Positions 31,177 through 40,652 of a stretch of 64,000 nt of DNA are shown piece after piece (positions within the stretch are counted from its first letter, which is position 1; the number at the start of each line of letters is the position of its first letter). Origin of the DNA: Raoultibacter sp. (GTDB lineage Bacteria > Actinomycetota > Coriobacteriia > Coriobacteriales > Eggerthellaceae). Under the pieces are notes generated by a model that was not told the origin of the DNA, ran no database searches, and worked only from the letters and a program-made list of their open reading frames with translations. The stretch spans positions 6,798 through 70,797 of the forward strand of contig JBMNSJ010000002.1 in the NCBI GenBank assembly GCA_050945135.1, written 5' to 3'. The position numbers and the translations under genes were made by a program.

Positions 31177-31875
31177 ATGAGCGTTGGTAGCGAAGACCTA
31201 TCCATGGCCAGGGGTTTCTCTGTCGATAATCCTGGAATTAAAGGAATACTTTTCGATTTAGATGGCACGCTCATTGATACCTACCAAACCATACTTCAGT
31301 CCTTGCAGTATGCTGTGCGCAAGGTTCTTCATACCGAAATACCAGCAAAAAGATTGATGAGCAAAGTTGGGCAACCGCTGGTAGACCAGGTAGCAGATTT
31401 TTGTGACACCGAGGAGCAATGCAATCAGGTCTTAGCAGTCTATCGAGCGCGTAATGCCGAAGTACACGACGAGCTTACCCGGGGTTTTCCTGGATGCGCC
31501 GAGGCACTGGATTCTCTTTTGGAGAAGGGTTTTGTGCTGGGGGTAGTTACTTCAAAGATGCATCGTCCCGCAGAAGATGGCCTAAAACTTTTCAACCTCC
31601 AAGATAAGGTGAGTTGCTTGGTTGGTGCAGATGATTGCGAACATCACAAACCTCATCCGGAACCCGTGTGCCGTGGAGCGGCTTTGTTGGGGCTTAAGCC
31701 CGAGGAATGCGTTTATGTCGGCGATAGTCCCTTTGACATACAATCGGGAAATGCTGCGGGCGCAATTACTCTTGCGGCATTGTGGGGGATGTTTACGGCG
31801 GAAGAACTTCAGGCGCAAAACCCCACATACCAATCCTCTTCAATCACTAAATGCGCTGAATTTCTTCGCTCGTAA
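31177..31875 (+). CDS. HAD-superfamily phosphatase (PGP/PpaX-like)
   Basis: FDLDGTLIDT motif I, VVTSK motif II and GDSPFDIQSG motif III/IV. Confidence 0.75.
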   Translation: MSVGSEDLSMARGFSVDNPGIKGILFDLDGTLIDTYQTILQSLQYAVRKVLHTEIPAKRLMSKVGQPLVDQVADFCDTEEQCNQVLAVYRARNAEVHDELTRGFPGCAEALDSLLEKGFVLGVVTSKMHRPAEDGLKLFNLQDKVSCLVGADDCEHHKPHPEPVCRGAALLGLKPEECVYVGDSPFDIQSGNAAGAITLAALWGMFTAEELQAQNPTYQSSSITKCAEFLRS

Positions 31876-31975
31876 ACCTGAAAGTAGCCTTACGGTAACC
31901 TGATTGGTGTCTTGGCAGGTTTTAAGATACTATCGTGGTGTATGGGTGATGTCCTGGGTGGGAGGCACGTAAGAA

Positions 31976-33226
31976 ATGACGGACTATGCAAAAATCGAAG
32001 CTGCATATGACAATAGTCCAGTGGCAACACTTCTCTTAAAAGGTGTTCTTGCTGAAAATAAAACAGTTGATTTAGAGGTTTATTACGCCAATGCACTTGC
32101 TGCGCGCTTGTGGGGTGTCACACCTGAGCTTTTAAGAGGAATGCATCTGCTTGCCGCCGATGAAAACGCAAGCAAAGATTGGCTCGACATTTATCAGGTG
32201 GTCCAGGCAAATCATAAAAAGAGAAGCTTTTATTTCTACAGCGATTTCTTGGGTAAAAACTTCAAAGTTGATTGTTTTTATTATGGCCCCCAGGTCACAG
32301 GTTGCTATATTCGTACTGCCGAATATGAAGTTGGCCGTGGTTTTAACCTCGATGCTTCCGAGGACAATCGGCCTCTTTCAGATCTCGAGAAAGATTTTTC
32401 AACACTCGTACGAGTCTTTTCTAGCCCCGAGGAAAGCACCTCAGATATTGAGGCAAGAAACGATTACGTTTGCTACACCGAAGTTGATAGCTATAAGATT
32501 ATCGATGTAGTTGCAAATCAGGGTAGCGATGTTGAAAGCCTTATCGGCAGTGATTTTCGAGGAAAAGTGTATTACGAGCTTTTCGACGGAGCTAATGAAC
32601 CCCAAGGAGGCTTCAAGACTAAAACCCTTTATGTTGATCGATATCAAGTGTGGCAGGAATATAATCCAGTTCTTAACAAGGAATATCTTCATCGCGCAAA
32701 GTTAGTCAAACTCGATGGCGAATACGTTCGACTTGATATTGCTCAAGACATCACCGATGGTAAGCGCAAAGCTGTTCTTTTAACTGATACCTTTGATGGA
32801 ATGAACCTCTGGATAGAGTGTGTCAACATTTTATCTACTGAAGAGTCTTTCCAAGAGGCTCTTCATATGGTTTTGGCACGCATGAGTGCCTTTTTTGCAG
32901 CAACGGCTGGCCTCATCTGTCTTTTTGGCAAAAGAAAATATAATGCTACGTGGACAAAAGAAGGCACCCCCGCCGATCAGCTATTATTTGAAGACCCAAG
33001 TAGGGCAGCCCTTCAGGAGTGGAGTGAGCTACTTCAAAACGAAACACAGTTTTTGTTGACCAACACCACTGACTCGCGCATTCCCGAAAGGCTTCATGCA
33101 CACTTCGAAGCTAATCAGATTAAGACAATTCAGCTCTTTCCAATTTATGCCGCTGCACGACTAAAGGGTGTCATTGTATTTGTAAACCCAGAAAAAAGGA
33201 CGAGCACAGTTTCGTCACCAATATGA
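31976..33226 (+). CDS. PAS-like + GAF-like sensor module with no output domain; reads as the N-terminal fragment of the next gene
   Basis: 416-aa ORF. It ends 30 nt after an A6 run and overlaps the next ORF by ATGA. The C-terminal part (EESFQEALHMVLARMSAFF...LKGVIVFVNPEK) looks like a GAF domain cut before its last helix. Confidence 0.7.
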   Translation: MTDYAKIEAAYDNSPVATLLLKGVLAENKTVDLEVYYANALAARLWGVTPELLRGMHLLAADENASKDWLDIYQVVQANHKKRSFYFYSDFLGKNFKVDCFYYGPQVTGCYIRTAEYEVGRGFNLDASEDNRPLSDLEKDFSTLVRVFSSPEESTSDIEARNDYVCYTEVDSYKIIDVVANQGSDVESLIGSDFRGKVYYELFDGANEPQGGFKTKTLYVDRYQVWQEYNPVLNKEYLHRAKLVKLDGEYVRLDIAQDITDGKRKAVLLTDTFDGMNLWIECVNILSTEESFQEALHMVLARMSAFFAATAGLICLFGKRKYNATWTKEGTPADQLLFEDPSRAALQEWSELLQNETQFLLTNTTDSRIPERLHAHFEANQIKTIQLFPIYAAARLKGVIVFVNPEKRTSTVSSPI

Positions 33227-36200
33227 TTATCCGGTCGATTGCACTCTCGTTTCACCAGCTTGAGCTCCAAAATTATGCAAATAAACTACGATACAGCGAT
33301 TCTCTGACGGGATGTTTGAACTTTGAAGGATTCAGAAATGTTGCAGAAGAACTGATACGCGAGCGCCCGAACAATACCTACACCCTTTGGTATTCAGATG
33401 TAAGACGATTCAAATTCATTAACGATATGTTCGGGTATAAGACAGGCGATGAGTTTTTGTGCTATTGGGCACAATCGCTCGCAAATTCGCTCAAAGATGG
33501 AGATAGCTTCTGCCGTGTTTCCGCAGATAATTTCTGCGCTTTGATTGCGATTGAAGACGGGGTAGACCTCACTCTCGAGTTCGAAAAAATGAGCGACCAG
33601 CTCAAGGCGTATGAGGGACTTAAAGATAAGCATTTTATTCCTGAGTTGGTAACAGGAGTCTATGAGCTCGAGGAAGCCGATATGGCTGCTCCTGATATCA
33701 ACGCGATTATGAATAAGGCAAACATCGCTCAAAAGAGCGTAAAGTCTTTATCGGGTAGTCGTATGGCTGTGTATGACGAGTCAATGAAGCAAAAGCAGCT
33801 GCGTGAGCTTGAAATTAGCCAACATTTAGAAGCCGGTCTTGCAAATGGAGAGTTTTATATTGTGGTGCAGCCGCAGTATAAATACACCACTAAAGAAATA
33901 GTCGGGGCAGAGGCGCTGGTAAGATGGCGGCATTCTGAGCTAGGAAATGTTTCGCCGGGCGAGTTTATCCCGCTTTTAGAAAAGGCGGGTCTGGTTACCG
34001 AGCTCGATAAGTTTGTATGGGAAGAGGCGTGTAAGCTCATCCGTCATATGCTCGATAGTGGGCTGCGAGAAAACTTCGTTCCAATTTCGGTCAATCTTTC
34101 GCGTATCGATTTGTATGTACCCCATCTGGCAGATTATATTTTTGACTTGGTTGCGAAATATGACCTTACTCCCGAACATCTTAAGCTCGAGATTACCGAA
34201 AGCGCTTACACTTCAGATTCGAAGCAACTTATTGAAGTCGTCAAAGATTTGCAGCAGCGAGGCTTTACCGTCGAAATGGACGATTTTGGAAGCGGGTACT
34301 CTTCTCTCAATATTTTAAAAGATGTACCTGTCGATGTGCTGAAGCTCGACATGCGTTTTCTGGTGGTCGATGATAAAAACAGCAAGCGTGGCAGCAGCAT
34401 CTTAAGCTCGGTTATTCGCATGGCTCACTGGATTAATCTTCCTGTAATTGCCGAAGGAGTCGAAACCAAAGAGCAAGCCGAGTACCTCGAAAGTCTTGGC
34501 TGCTATATGATGCAGGGCTATTACTTTGCCCGACCAATGATGGTTAACGAATTTGAGGAACTAATGGGGCGCGCTGAAGCTGGCACTCTTTTCTTTGGAG
34601 AAAGACAGAGTGATAACTTAAGCGCGGCAGAGTTTTTGGCAACTAATGGTTCCACCTCGTATCTATTCAATAACTGCATTGGCGGCGGATGTCTTTTTGA
34701 GTATGACGGGCATAATCTTGAGGCGCTTCTGATTAACGATGCCTTCTATTCTTCTATCGGGATGAGCCGCACCGAGCTCGATAACTATCGTACTCACATG
34801 CTCGATATTTTTATCGAGGAGGATAAGGCTAGCTTGCTTGACAGTTTCGAGGAGGCAATCAAAAAGAATTCGTCGACGGTGTATGCCCGAGTGCTGCAAG
34901 GTGCAGATAAATCAATTAGATGGCTGAGGGGTACCAACCATTTCCTTGCTTCGCGCGAGGGTAAACACATGATGTTTGCGCTGATTGAAGATGTAACCGA
35001 ACAAAGGCGCTCAGAAATGCGGCTGTATGAGATAGAGTCTGAGCTCACTGCCTTAACAGATGATTCTGTGCATCGCTGGCGTGCGGTCCAGCATCATGTG
35101 ATGGTTGGTCTGCATAAAGCAATTCTTTTTGATTACGATGTCGAAAAGGACAGCATGGCATTCTGTTTAAGCGACCATGGTGGCCATCTCGACGAAAAAA
35201 CGGTTGATCACTATGTAGAAGAAAAAAGATTCTCTAAAGTCCACGATGACGACAAAGACAAGTTCTATTCCCTGATTTTGCGAGCACTTGAAAGACCTGT
35301 AACCAGCTCGGCCGAGTTTAGAGGAAGCTTTTTTGGACCAGAATCTAGTTGGGTCCGTGCCGATTACGTTGGGCTTGCCGATGTAACCGGTCAGGTCTAT
35401 CGCATTATTGGTCGTATAGAGGATATCGAAAGCGAAAAGCAGCTTGCAAGGCAGGCAACCAAAGATGCCTTGACAGGCTTATACAACCAGACTACGACTA
35501 AGTCCTTGGTAAACACTTCGCTCGATAAGAAGCAGCAAGGTGCAATGATATTGGTCGATGTTGATGACTTTAAGCAAATCAACGACGCCCTGGGGCATCT
35601 TTTTGGCGATTCGTTCTTACGCGAAGTTGCAAAAAAGATTGGAAAGCTGTTTAGAGAAGATGATGTAATCGGGCGCGTTGGCGGCGATGAATTTGTAATA
35701 TTTGTTTCGCAAGATCTCGATAGAACGACGGTAGAAAAGAAAGCGCAAAGCATCCTTGAGGTCTTCAGTGGAATCGAGATTCCGCAAATTGGAGCAGTTC
35801 ACGCAAGCATCGGTATCGCACTTGCAGAAAAGATACTCTTCCAAGACTATGCAGCATTATTTAAAAAGGCTAATCGGGCTCTATATAAAGCCAAGCAAAA
35901 AGGGAAGAACCAATACGTGGTGTTTGATACCGAGACAGATGCGGCGCAAGATTTGCTTCCTGCCTATGGCACAAGGGCGCGTGTGATTGAAAACGCTGAG
36001 CTAAACGTTGAAGCCAGCACATGGCCACAAACCTTGGCAAGTGATGTCTTTTCGATTCTCTACACGTCCGAAGACCCTTACGACGGTATAAATAAAGCTC
36101 TTTCTCATGTGGGAAATTGGCTTGACGTGAGTCGTGTTTATGTGTTCGAAAAGCGTGGCGAGTATTTATTTAATACCTTCGAGTGGTGTAACGTTGGCAT

Positions 36201-36531
36201 TCTCTCTGAAATTGATAACTTGCAAAACATTCCCGATGGTGACGAGAATGGCGAGTATCTCTATATTGAGAATTTCGATATCGACGATATATTTTACTTG
36301 CGTTATGCCGAAGACGCGCCCGCGTGGCAACGTGAAATTCTCGAGCCGCAAAACATAAAATCTATGCTGCAGTATGGAATCATCGAAAAGAATAATTTGG
36401 TTGGTTTCGTTGGTTTCGATGAGTGCAACGAGAATGTTTTTTGGACTCGAGATCAGATTGAGGTGCTGGTACGCGTAGCTCAAGTTATCGCGGTTTTCCT
36501 CAAACAGCTTCGCTTGGATGAAACTTCATAA
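33223..36531 (+). CDS. Degenerate-GGDEF / EAL / PAS / GGDEF / GAF c-di-GMP turnover protein
   Basis: First GGDEF-type domain has SADNF in place of GG(D/E)EF. The EAL domain has all the usual signature motifs (EALVRW, SVNLS, EITE, DDFGSGYSSL, KLD, AEGVETKEQ, QGYYF). The second GGDEF is intact (GRVGGDEF) with an RxxD I-site (REDD) five residues upstream. A GAF-like domain is at the C-terminus. Confidence 0.88.
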   Translation: MIIRSIALSFHQLELQNYANKLRYSDSLTGCLNFEGFRNVAEELIRERPNNTYTLWYSDVRRFKFINDMFGYKTGDEFLCYWAQSLANSLKDGDSFCRVSADNFCALIAIEDGVDLTLEFEKMSDQLKAYEGLKDKHFIPELVTGVYELEEADMAAPDINAIMNKANIAQKSVKSLSGSRMAVYDESMKQKQLRELEISQHLEAGLANGEFYIVVQPQYKYTTKEIVGAEALVRWRHSELGNVSPGEFIPLLEKAGLVTELDKFVWEEACKLIRHMLDSGLRENFVPISVNLSRIDLYVPHLADYIFDLVAKYDLTPEHLKLEITESAYTSDSKQLIEVVKDLQQRGFTVEMDDFGSGYSSLNILKDVPVDVLKLDMRFLVVDDKNSKRGSSILSSVIRMAHWINLPVIAEGVETKEQAEYLESLGCYMMQGYYFARPMMVNEFEELMGRAEAGTLFFGERQSDNLSAAEFLATNGSTSYLFNNCIGGGCLFEYDGHNLEALLINDAFYSSIGMSRTELDNYRTHMLDIFIEEDKASLLDSFEEAIKKNSSTVYARVLQGADKSIRWLRGTNHFLASREGKHMMFALIEDVTEQRRSEMRLYEIESELTALTDDSVHRWRAVQHHVMVGLHKAILFDYDVEKDSMAFCLSDHGGHLDEKTVDHYVEEKRFSKVHDDDKDKFYSLILRALERPVTSSAEFRGSFFGPESSWVRADYVGLADVTGQVYRIIGRIEDIESEKQLARQATKDALTGLYNQTTTKSLVNTSLDKKQQGAMILVDVDDFKQINDALGHLFGDSFLREVAKKIGKLFREDDVIGRVGGDEFVIFVSQDLDRTTVEKKAQSILEVFSGIEIPQIGAVHASIGIALAEKILFQDYAALFKKANRALYKAKQKGKNQYVVFDTETDAAQDLLPAYGTRARVIENAELNVEASTWPQTLASDVFSILYTSEDPYDGINKALSHVGNWLDVSRVYVFEKRGEYLFNTFEWCNVGILSEIDNLQNIPDGDENGEYLYIENFDIDDIFYLRYAEDAPAWQREILEPQNIKSMLQYGIIEKNNLVGFVGFDECNENVFWTRDQIEVLVRVAQVIAVFLKQLRLDETS

Positions 36532-36698
36532 GCTAGCAGCTTTTAAGTTGCAGCTAGTTAATCAGGTGAAATACAAATTCATATAGTTCTCGCAACCAAT
36601 AGTTGCTCAAAATTCCAACTGGAATAGCTCGATTATGTGTTTCCGCAACCCTAAGCTAGATGATATAGAATGAAGGTATCACAGGAAAGGGTTTAGAG

Positions 36699-37700
36699 AT
36701 GAACGTGGAAATTGCAGAGAGATTAGCTAAGCGTCGACGGGAGGCTGGTTACTCTCAGGAAAACTTGGCGGAGCAGCTTGGTGTATCGCGTCAGGCTGTG
36801 TCGAAATGGGAGCGGTCAGAATCATCTCCCGATACGGATAACCTTATTGCTCTTGCGCAGCTTTATGGCGTATCACTTGACGAACTCTTATATGTAGACG
36901 AAAGCATAAAAGATGATGTGGCTTTTGAGGCTAGCGATCGCGCAAGCGCTACTTCAGAATCTCAGCAAAAAGAGAATCCTGAGCCAGAGGCAAAATCAAC
37001 AGACGAGTCGCCTGAAGCAGAAACAGATTCTAGCGAAGATTCGGATGAAGAAAAGAAGACGAAAGTCAATATTGGCCTTGGCGGAATTCACGTTAAGGAC
37101 GGCGATGATTACGTACATGTTTCTTGGCGAGACGGCGTGCATGTTAAAGATACAAAAGAGGGTGAAGAGGTGCATGTTGGTTGGAGTGGCGTGCACGTGA
37201 AAGAGGGTAAGCAGTGCTCCACAGAAGATGCACCTTCGAATGAGGCAGAGTGGAAAGACGCGAAAGTCATAATCAATGGCGAGGAGTATGATTCGTGGAA
37301 AGATGCGCATAAAGACTTAGGACATGGGTATAAGCATTCAAAGAATAACTGGATGAAATTTCCTTTTCCGCTGCTTGTGATAATAGCCTATATTCTTGTC
37401 GGGGTGTTTACTGGTCAGTGGGTTCTTGCTTTGCTGCTGGCTTTCATTATTCCCGTTTACTATTTGTTGGGACATGCAATATCTGATCGTCGACCTTCCC
37501 TTTTTTTTGCGGGGGTGTATCCAATTGCAGTTGTTGCTTGGTTTTTGTACATGGCTTTCGGACTCAATCAGCCACATCCCGCCTGGGTAGTTTTTCTAAC
37601 CATTCCTGTTGTTGAGTGGATTGTGCATGCGTGTTCTCGCGCGAGCAAACGCCGAAAGAAAAAAGAGAATGTTATTGAGGCGGAAGTGGAGAGTATCTAA
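36699..37700 (+). CDS. XRE-family HTH regulator fused to an acidic linker, a (G)VHVK repeat region and a C-terminal multi-TM domain
   Basis: N-terminal HTH_3 pattern (YSQENLAEQLGVSRQAVSKWERSES.PD...L..LA.LYGVSLDELL). Three GxHVKD/E repeats. Three or four hydrophobic helices and a basic tail. Confidence 0.8.
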   Translation: MNVEIAERLAKRRREAGYSQENLAEQLGVSRQAVSKWERSESSPDTDNLIALAQLYGVSLDELLYVDESIKDDVAFEASDRASATSESQQKENPEPEAKSTDESPEAETDSSEDSDEEKKTKVNIGLGGIHVKDGDDYVHVSWRDGVHVKDTKEGEEVHVGWSGVHVKEGKQCSTEDAPSNEAEWKDAKVIINGEEYDSWKDAHKDLGHGYKHSKNNWMKFPFPLLVIIAYILVGVFTGQWVLALLLAFIIPVYYLLGHAISDRRPSLFFAGVYPIAVVAWFLYMAFGLNQPHPAWVVFLTIPVVEWIVHACSRASKRRKKKENVIEAEVESI

Positions 37701-37822
37701 AAGAGTTTCCCTGCAGCCAACGAGCTTGCATGCTTTTCGTTTGACTCTATTTGCCATAAGCAAATTTCGGCGTACAATAAAAAAGTAAGATTATCAAACT
37801 AATTATGTGCAAGGGAGTATGA

Positions 37823-38800
37823 ATGCCGGAATCGAAATCACGAATAAGTGGCTTCGGGGCTTATGTGCCTGAGAAAGTTCTTAATAATGCAGACCTCGAG
37901 AAGATGGTTGATACGAGCAACGAATGGATTGTTCAACGAACAGGAATCCACGAGCGACGCATTGCTGATGCCGCTACCTTCGCTTCAGACCTTGCTATAA
38001 AGGCAGTAGAAGACCTTGTTTCCCGCAATTCCATCGATATCAGTGATGTCGACTTGGTTATTGTTACCAGCTTCACTCCCGATCATTTCACCCCAACTAT
38101 CTCTGGTCTTGTTCAAGGCCACTTCGGAATCAAGGGAGCAGGCAGCTTTGATTTAAACTCTGGTTGTACTGGCTTTGCTTATGCGGTCTCAACGGCAGAT
38201 GCCTTAATTACAGCGGGCGTTAACAAAAAGATACTTATTGTTGCCGCTGAAATGCTTTCAAAGATTGTGGATTATGAAGATCGTTCAACCTGCATCCTCT
38301 TTGGTGATGGCGCTGCAGCCTGTGTTCTCGAACGTACCGAAGATGCGGGTTCAGTTCTTGCCCGACATTTTGAGACTGACGGTGATCTTGCGCATTACGT
38401 GTACTGCGGAAACCAGTCCGACACTGTTCAGGGCATGAAGCTCGAGCGTCAAAATATCTTTGGACAAAACGGTCAGCAAGTTTACAAATACGTGATGAAG
38501 CATGTCCCTGATGGATTCGCACAGCTTTTGGCGAATGCAAATATTACAGGTGATGACATCGATTGGTTTATCCCCCATAGCGCAAATATGCGCATCATAC
38601 AGGCCCTCGGTTCACGTCTTTCTATGCCCGACGAAAAAACTCTCACAAGTATTGAGTGTTTCGGAAATACTTCTTCTGCATCTATTCCCTTAGCTTTGTG
38701 GCTTGCGCAAAAAGAGGGAAAGCTCAATCAGGGAGATTTGTTGGTAATGTATGGCTTCGGTGGCGGATTAACTCATGGTGGAGTTGTAGTCAGGATATAG
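37823..38800 (+). CDS. fabH: 3-oxoacyl-ACP synthase III
   Basis: Catalytic triad contexts NSGCTGFAY (Cys), IPHSANMRI (His) and FGNTSSASIP (Asn). Confidence 0.9.
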   Translation: MPESKSRISGFGAYVPEKVLNNADLEKMVDTSNEWIVQRTGIHERRIADAATFASDLAIKAVEDLVSRNSIDISDVDLVIVTSFTPDHFTPTISGLVQGHFGIKGAGSFDLNSGCTGFAYAVSTADALITAGVNKKILIVAAEMLSKIVDYEDRSTCILFGDGAAACVLERTEDAGSVLARHFETDGDLAHYVYCGNQSDTVQGMKLERQNIFGQNGQQVYKYVMKHVPDGFAQLLANANITGDDIDWFIPHSANMRIIQALGSRLSMPDEKTLTSIECFGNTSSASIPLALWLAQKEGKLNQGDLLVMYGFGGGLTHGGVVVRI

Positions 38801-38810
38801 CAACGAGCGC

Positions 38811-40616
38811 CTAGTCAGGCATCTGCTCAGATAGCTCCATCCAGCGATCCTCGAGTTCGGATATTTTCCCTCGAAGCGCAATTCGTTCTTTTTCGCTTTC
38901 GCCTAATTGTATGTAATCGCTGGGTGCAATGTGCGCCATGTTGTTTTGCAGCGCAAGCTCTTGTGCTTCTAGGGTTTCAATTTTGCGTTCAAGCGAAGTG
39001 AGCTCTTTGCGAGCTTTATATAGGTCGCCTCCCGATAAAAATCCATGCGAAGTTTCGGAGATGTTCTCATTTTGTGGCTCGACTAAAGCTTTGGCTCGCG
39101 CAGCTTGTTTCGACTGCTCGTCAAGTCTGTTGTAGTAGTCGTCTACACCGCCAAGTATCTGCACGATATTCGAATCGATAAGAGCAAAAAGACTGTCGGT
39201 TACTCGTTCGATCAAGTAGCGGTCATGGCTTACGATAAGCAGTGTTCCCGGCCAGGAATCGAGTAAATCTTCCATGGCTGCCAGCATGTCAGTATCCATA
39301 TCGTTGCCGGGCTCATCGAGGATAAGAACGTTTGGCTCCTGCAGTAAGGTCATTAAGAGCTGAAGACGACGTTTTTGCCCTCCCGATAAGTCTCGAATTA
39401 GAGAATTGAAGTGCTCCGCTTTAAAGCCTAGGCGTTCGAGTAGTGAGCTTGAAGTGGTGGCTTTGCCGTCAATTGTGATGCGCGATTTGTAGCGGCCAAG
39501 CACTTCTCGAACTCGGTCATTTTCGCAGCCCTCGAGTTCGCTGAGCTGCTGGCTAAGCATGGCTATCTTTACTGTTTTGCCCACTTTTATACTACCGGTA
39601 TCAGGGGCAAGTTCTCCTGAGATTATCTTGAGAAGGGTGCTTTTCCCTGATCCGTTTTCGCCCAGTATTCCAAAGCGGTCACCTGGTCCAATAATCCAGT
39701 TTATGTCATTAAGGACTGCGGTATCCTGGTAGTGCTTCGAAACATGCTCAAGTTCAAAAACTTGCTTTCCTAGGCGCGTCATCGCTGCTTGTTTGAGCTC
39801 AGTGCTGTTTCTTAAGGGGGGATCGCCAGCGATAAGCTCTTGTGCTGCCTTTACGTGAAACTTTGGCTTTGTTGCTCGAGCGCGTGCCCCGCGTGAGAGC
39901 CATGCAAGTTCTTTACGAATCATATTTTGACGTTTTTCTTCAGCCAGATTTGAGAGCCTATTTCGCTCAACGCGTTGCTGAATGTAGGCAGAATAGCCAC
40001 CTTCAAAAGGGTCTACCTTTCCATCATGCACTTCCCACATTTTGAGTGCAACCTCGTCGAGAAACCAGCGATCGTGAGTTATGACCAGAAGCGCTCCAAC
40101 ACCGTTTATCCAGCGCTGTTGTAGATGTTGCGCTAACCAGGAAATCGTTTTCATATCAAGATGATTTGTTGGTTCATCAAGCATAAGAATGTCCCAGTCA
40201 CCAATAAGAAGCTTCGCTAAATCAGCCCGACGCCGTTGGCCTCCTGAAAGCTGGCCTATCGGAGCATCCCATGATACGTCGCCAATAAGCTCTGAGATGA
40301 TTTCGCGGATACGCTTATCGGAAGCCCAGACATGCTCGGGAATATCGCCCACAACGGCATTTCCAACACTGTCCTTGTTGGAGAGCTTATCTGATTGGGC
40401 AAGTACGCCTATAAGTGGGCTGCCCTTGAAAAGTACTTCACCGGATTCGGGAGAGAATTGCTTAGCGAGCACTTTGAGAAGAGTAGATTTTCCGTCGCCG
40501 TTTGTACCAACAATTCCTATGCGATCGCCTTCATGCACGCCGAGCGAGACGTGGTCAAGCACCCGTTTTGCAGGAAATTCAACTACAATATCACTTGCGC
40601 TTACCAGAACAGCCAT
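38811..40616 (-). CDS. ABC-F family ATPase (tandem ABC domains, no TM domain, C-terminal coiled coil)
   Basis: Two Walker A sites (GTNGDGKST, GENGSGKST) and two signatures (LSGGQRRR, LSGGQKRR), with an inter-domain linker and a C-terminal helical tail. Confidence 0.9.
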   Translation of the reverse strand: MAVLVSASDIVVEFPAKRVLDHVSLGVHEGDRIGIVGTNGDGKSTLLKVLAKQFSPESGEVLFKGSPLIGVLAQSDKLSNKDSVGNAVVGDIPEHVWASDKRIREIISELIGDVSWDAPIGQLSGGQRRRADLAKLLIGDWDILMLDEPTNHLDMKTISWLAQHLQQRWINGVGALLVITHDRWFLDEVALKMWEVHDGKVDPFEGGYSAYIQQRVERNRLSNLAEEKRQNMIRKELAWLSRGARARATKPKFHVKAAQELIAGDPPLRNSTELKQAAMTRLGKQVFELEHVSKHYQDTAVLNDINWIIGPGDRFGILGENGSGKSTLLKIISGELAPDTGSIKVGKTVKIAMLSQQLSELEGCENDRVREVLGRYKSRITIDGKATTSSSLLERLGFKAEHFNSLIRDLSGGQKRRLQLLMTLLQEPNVLILDEPGNDMDTDMLAAMEDLLDSWPGTLLIVSHDRYLIERVTDSLFALIDSNIVQILGGVDDYYNRLDEQSKQAARAKALVEPQNENISETSHGFLSGGDLYKARKELTSLERKIETLEAQELALQNNMAHIAPSDYIQLGESEKERIALRGKISELEDRWMELSEQMPD

Positions 40617-40652
40617 TGCTGAGTGTGCTCCTGTGTTGGGTTGATGCAGCGA

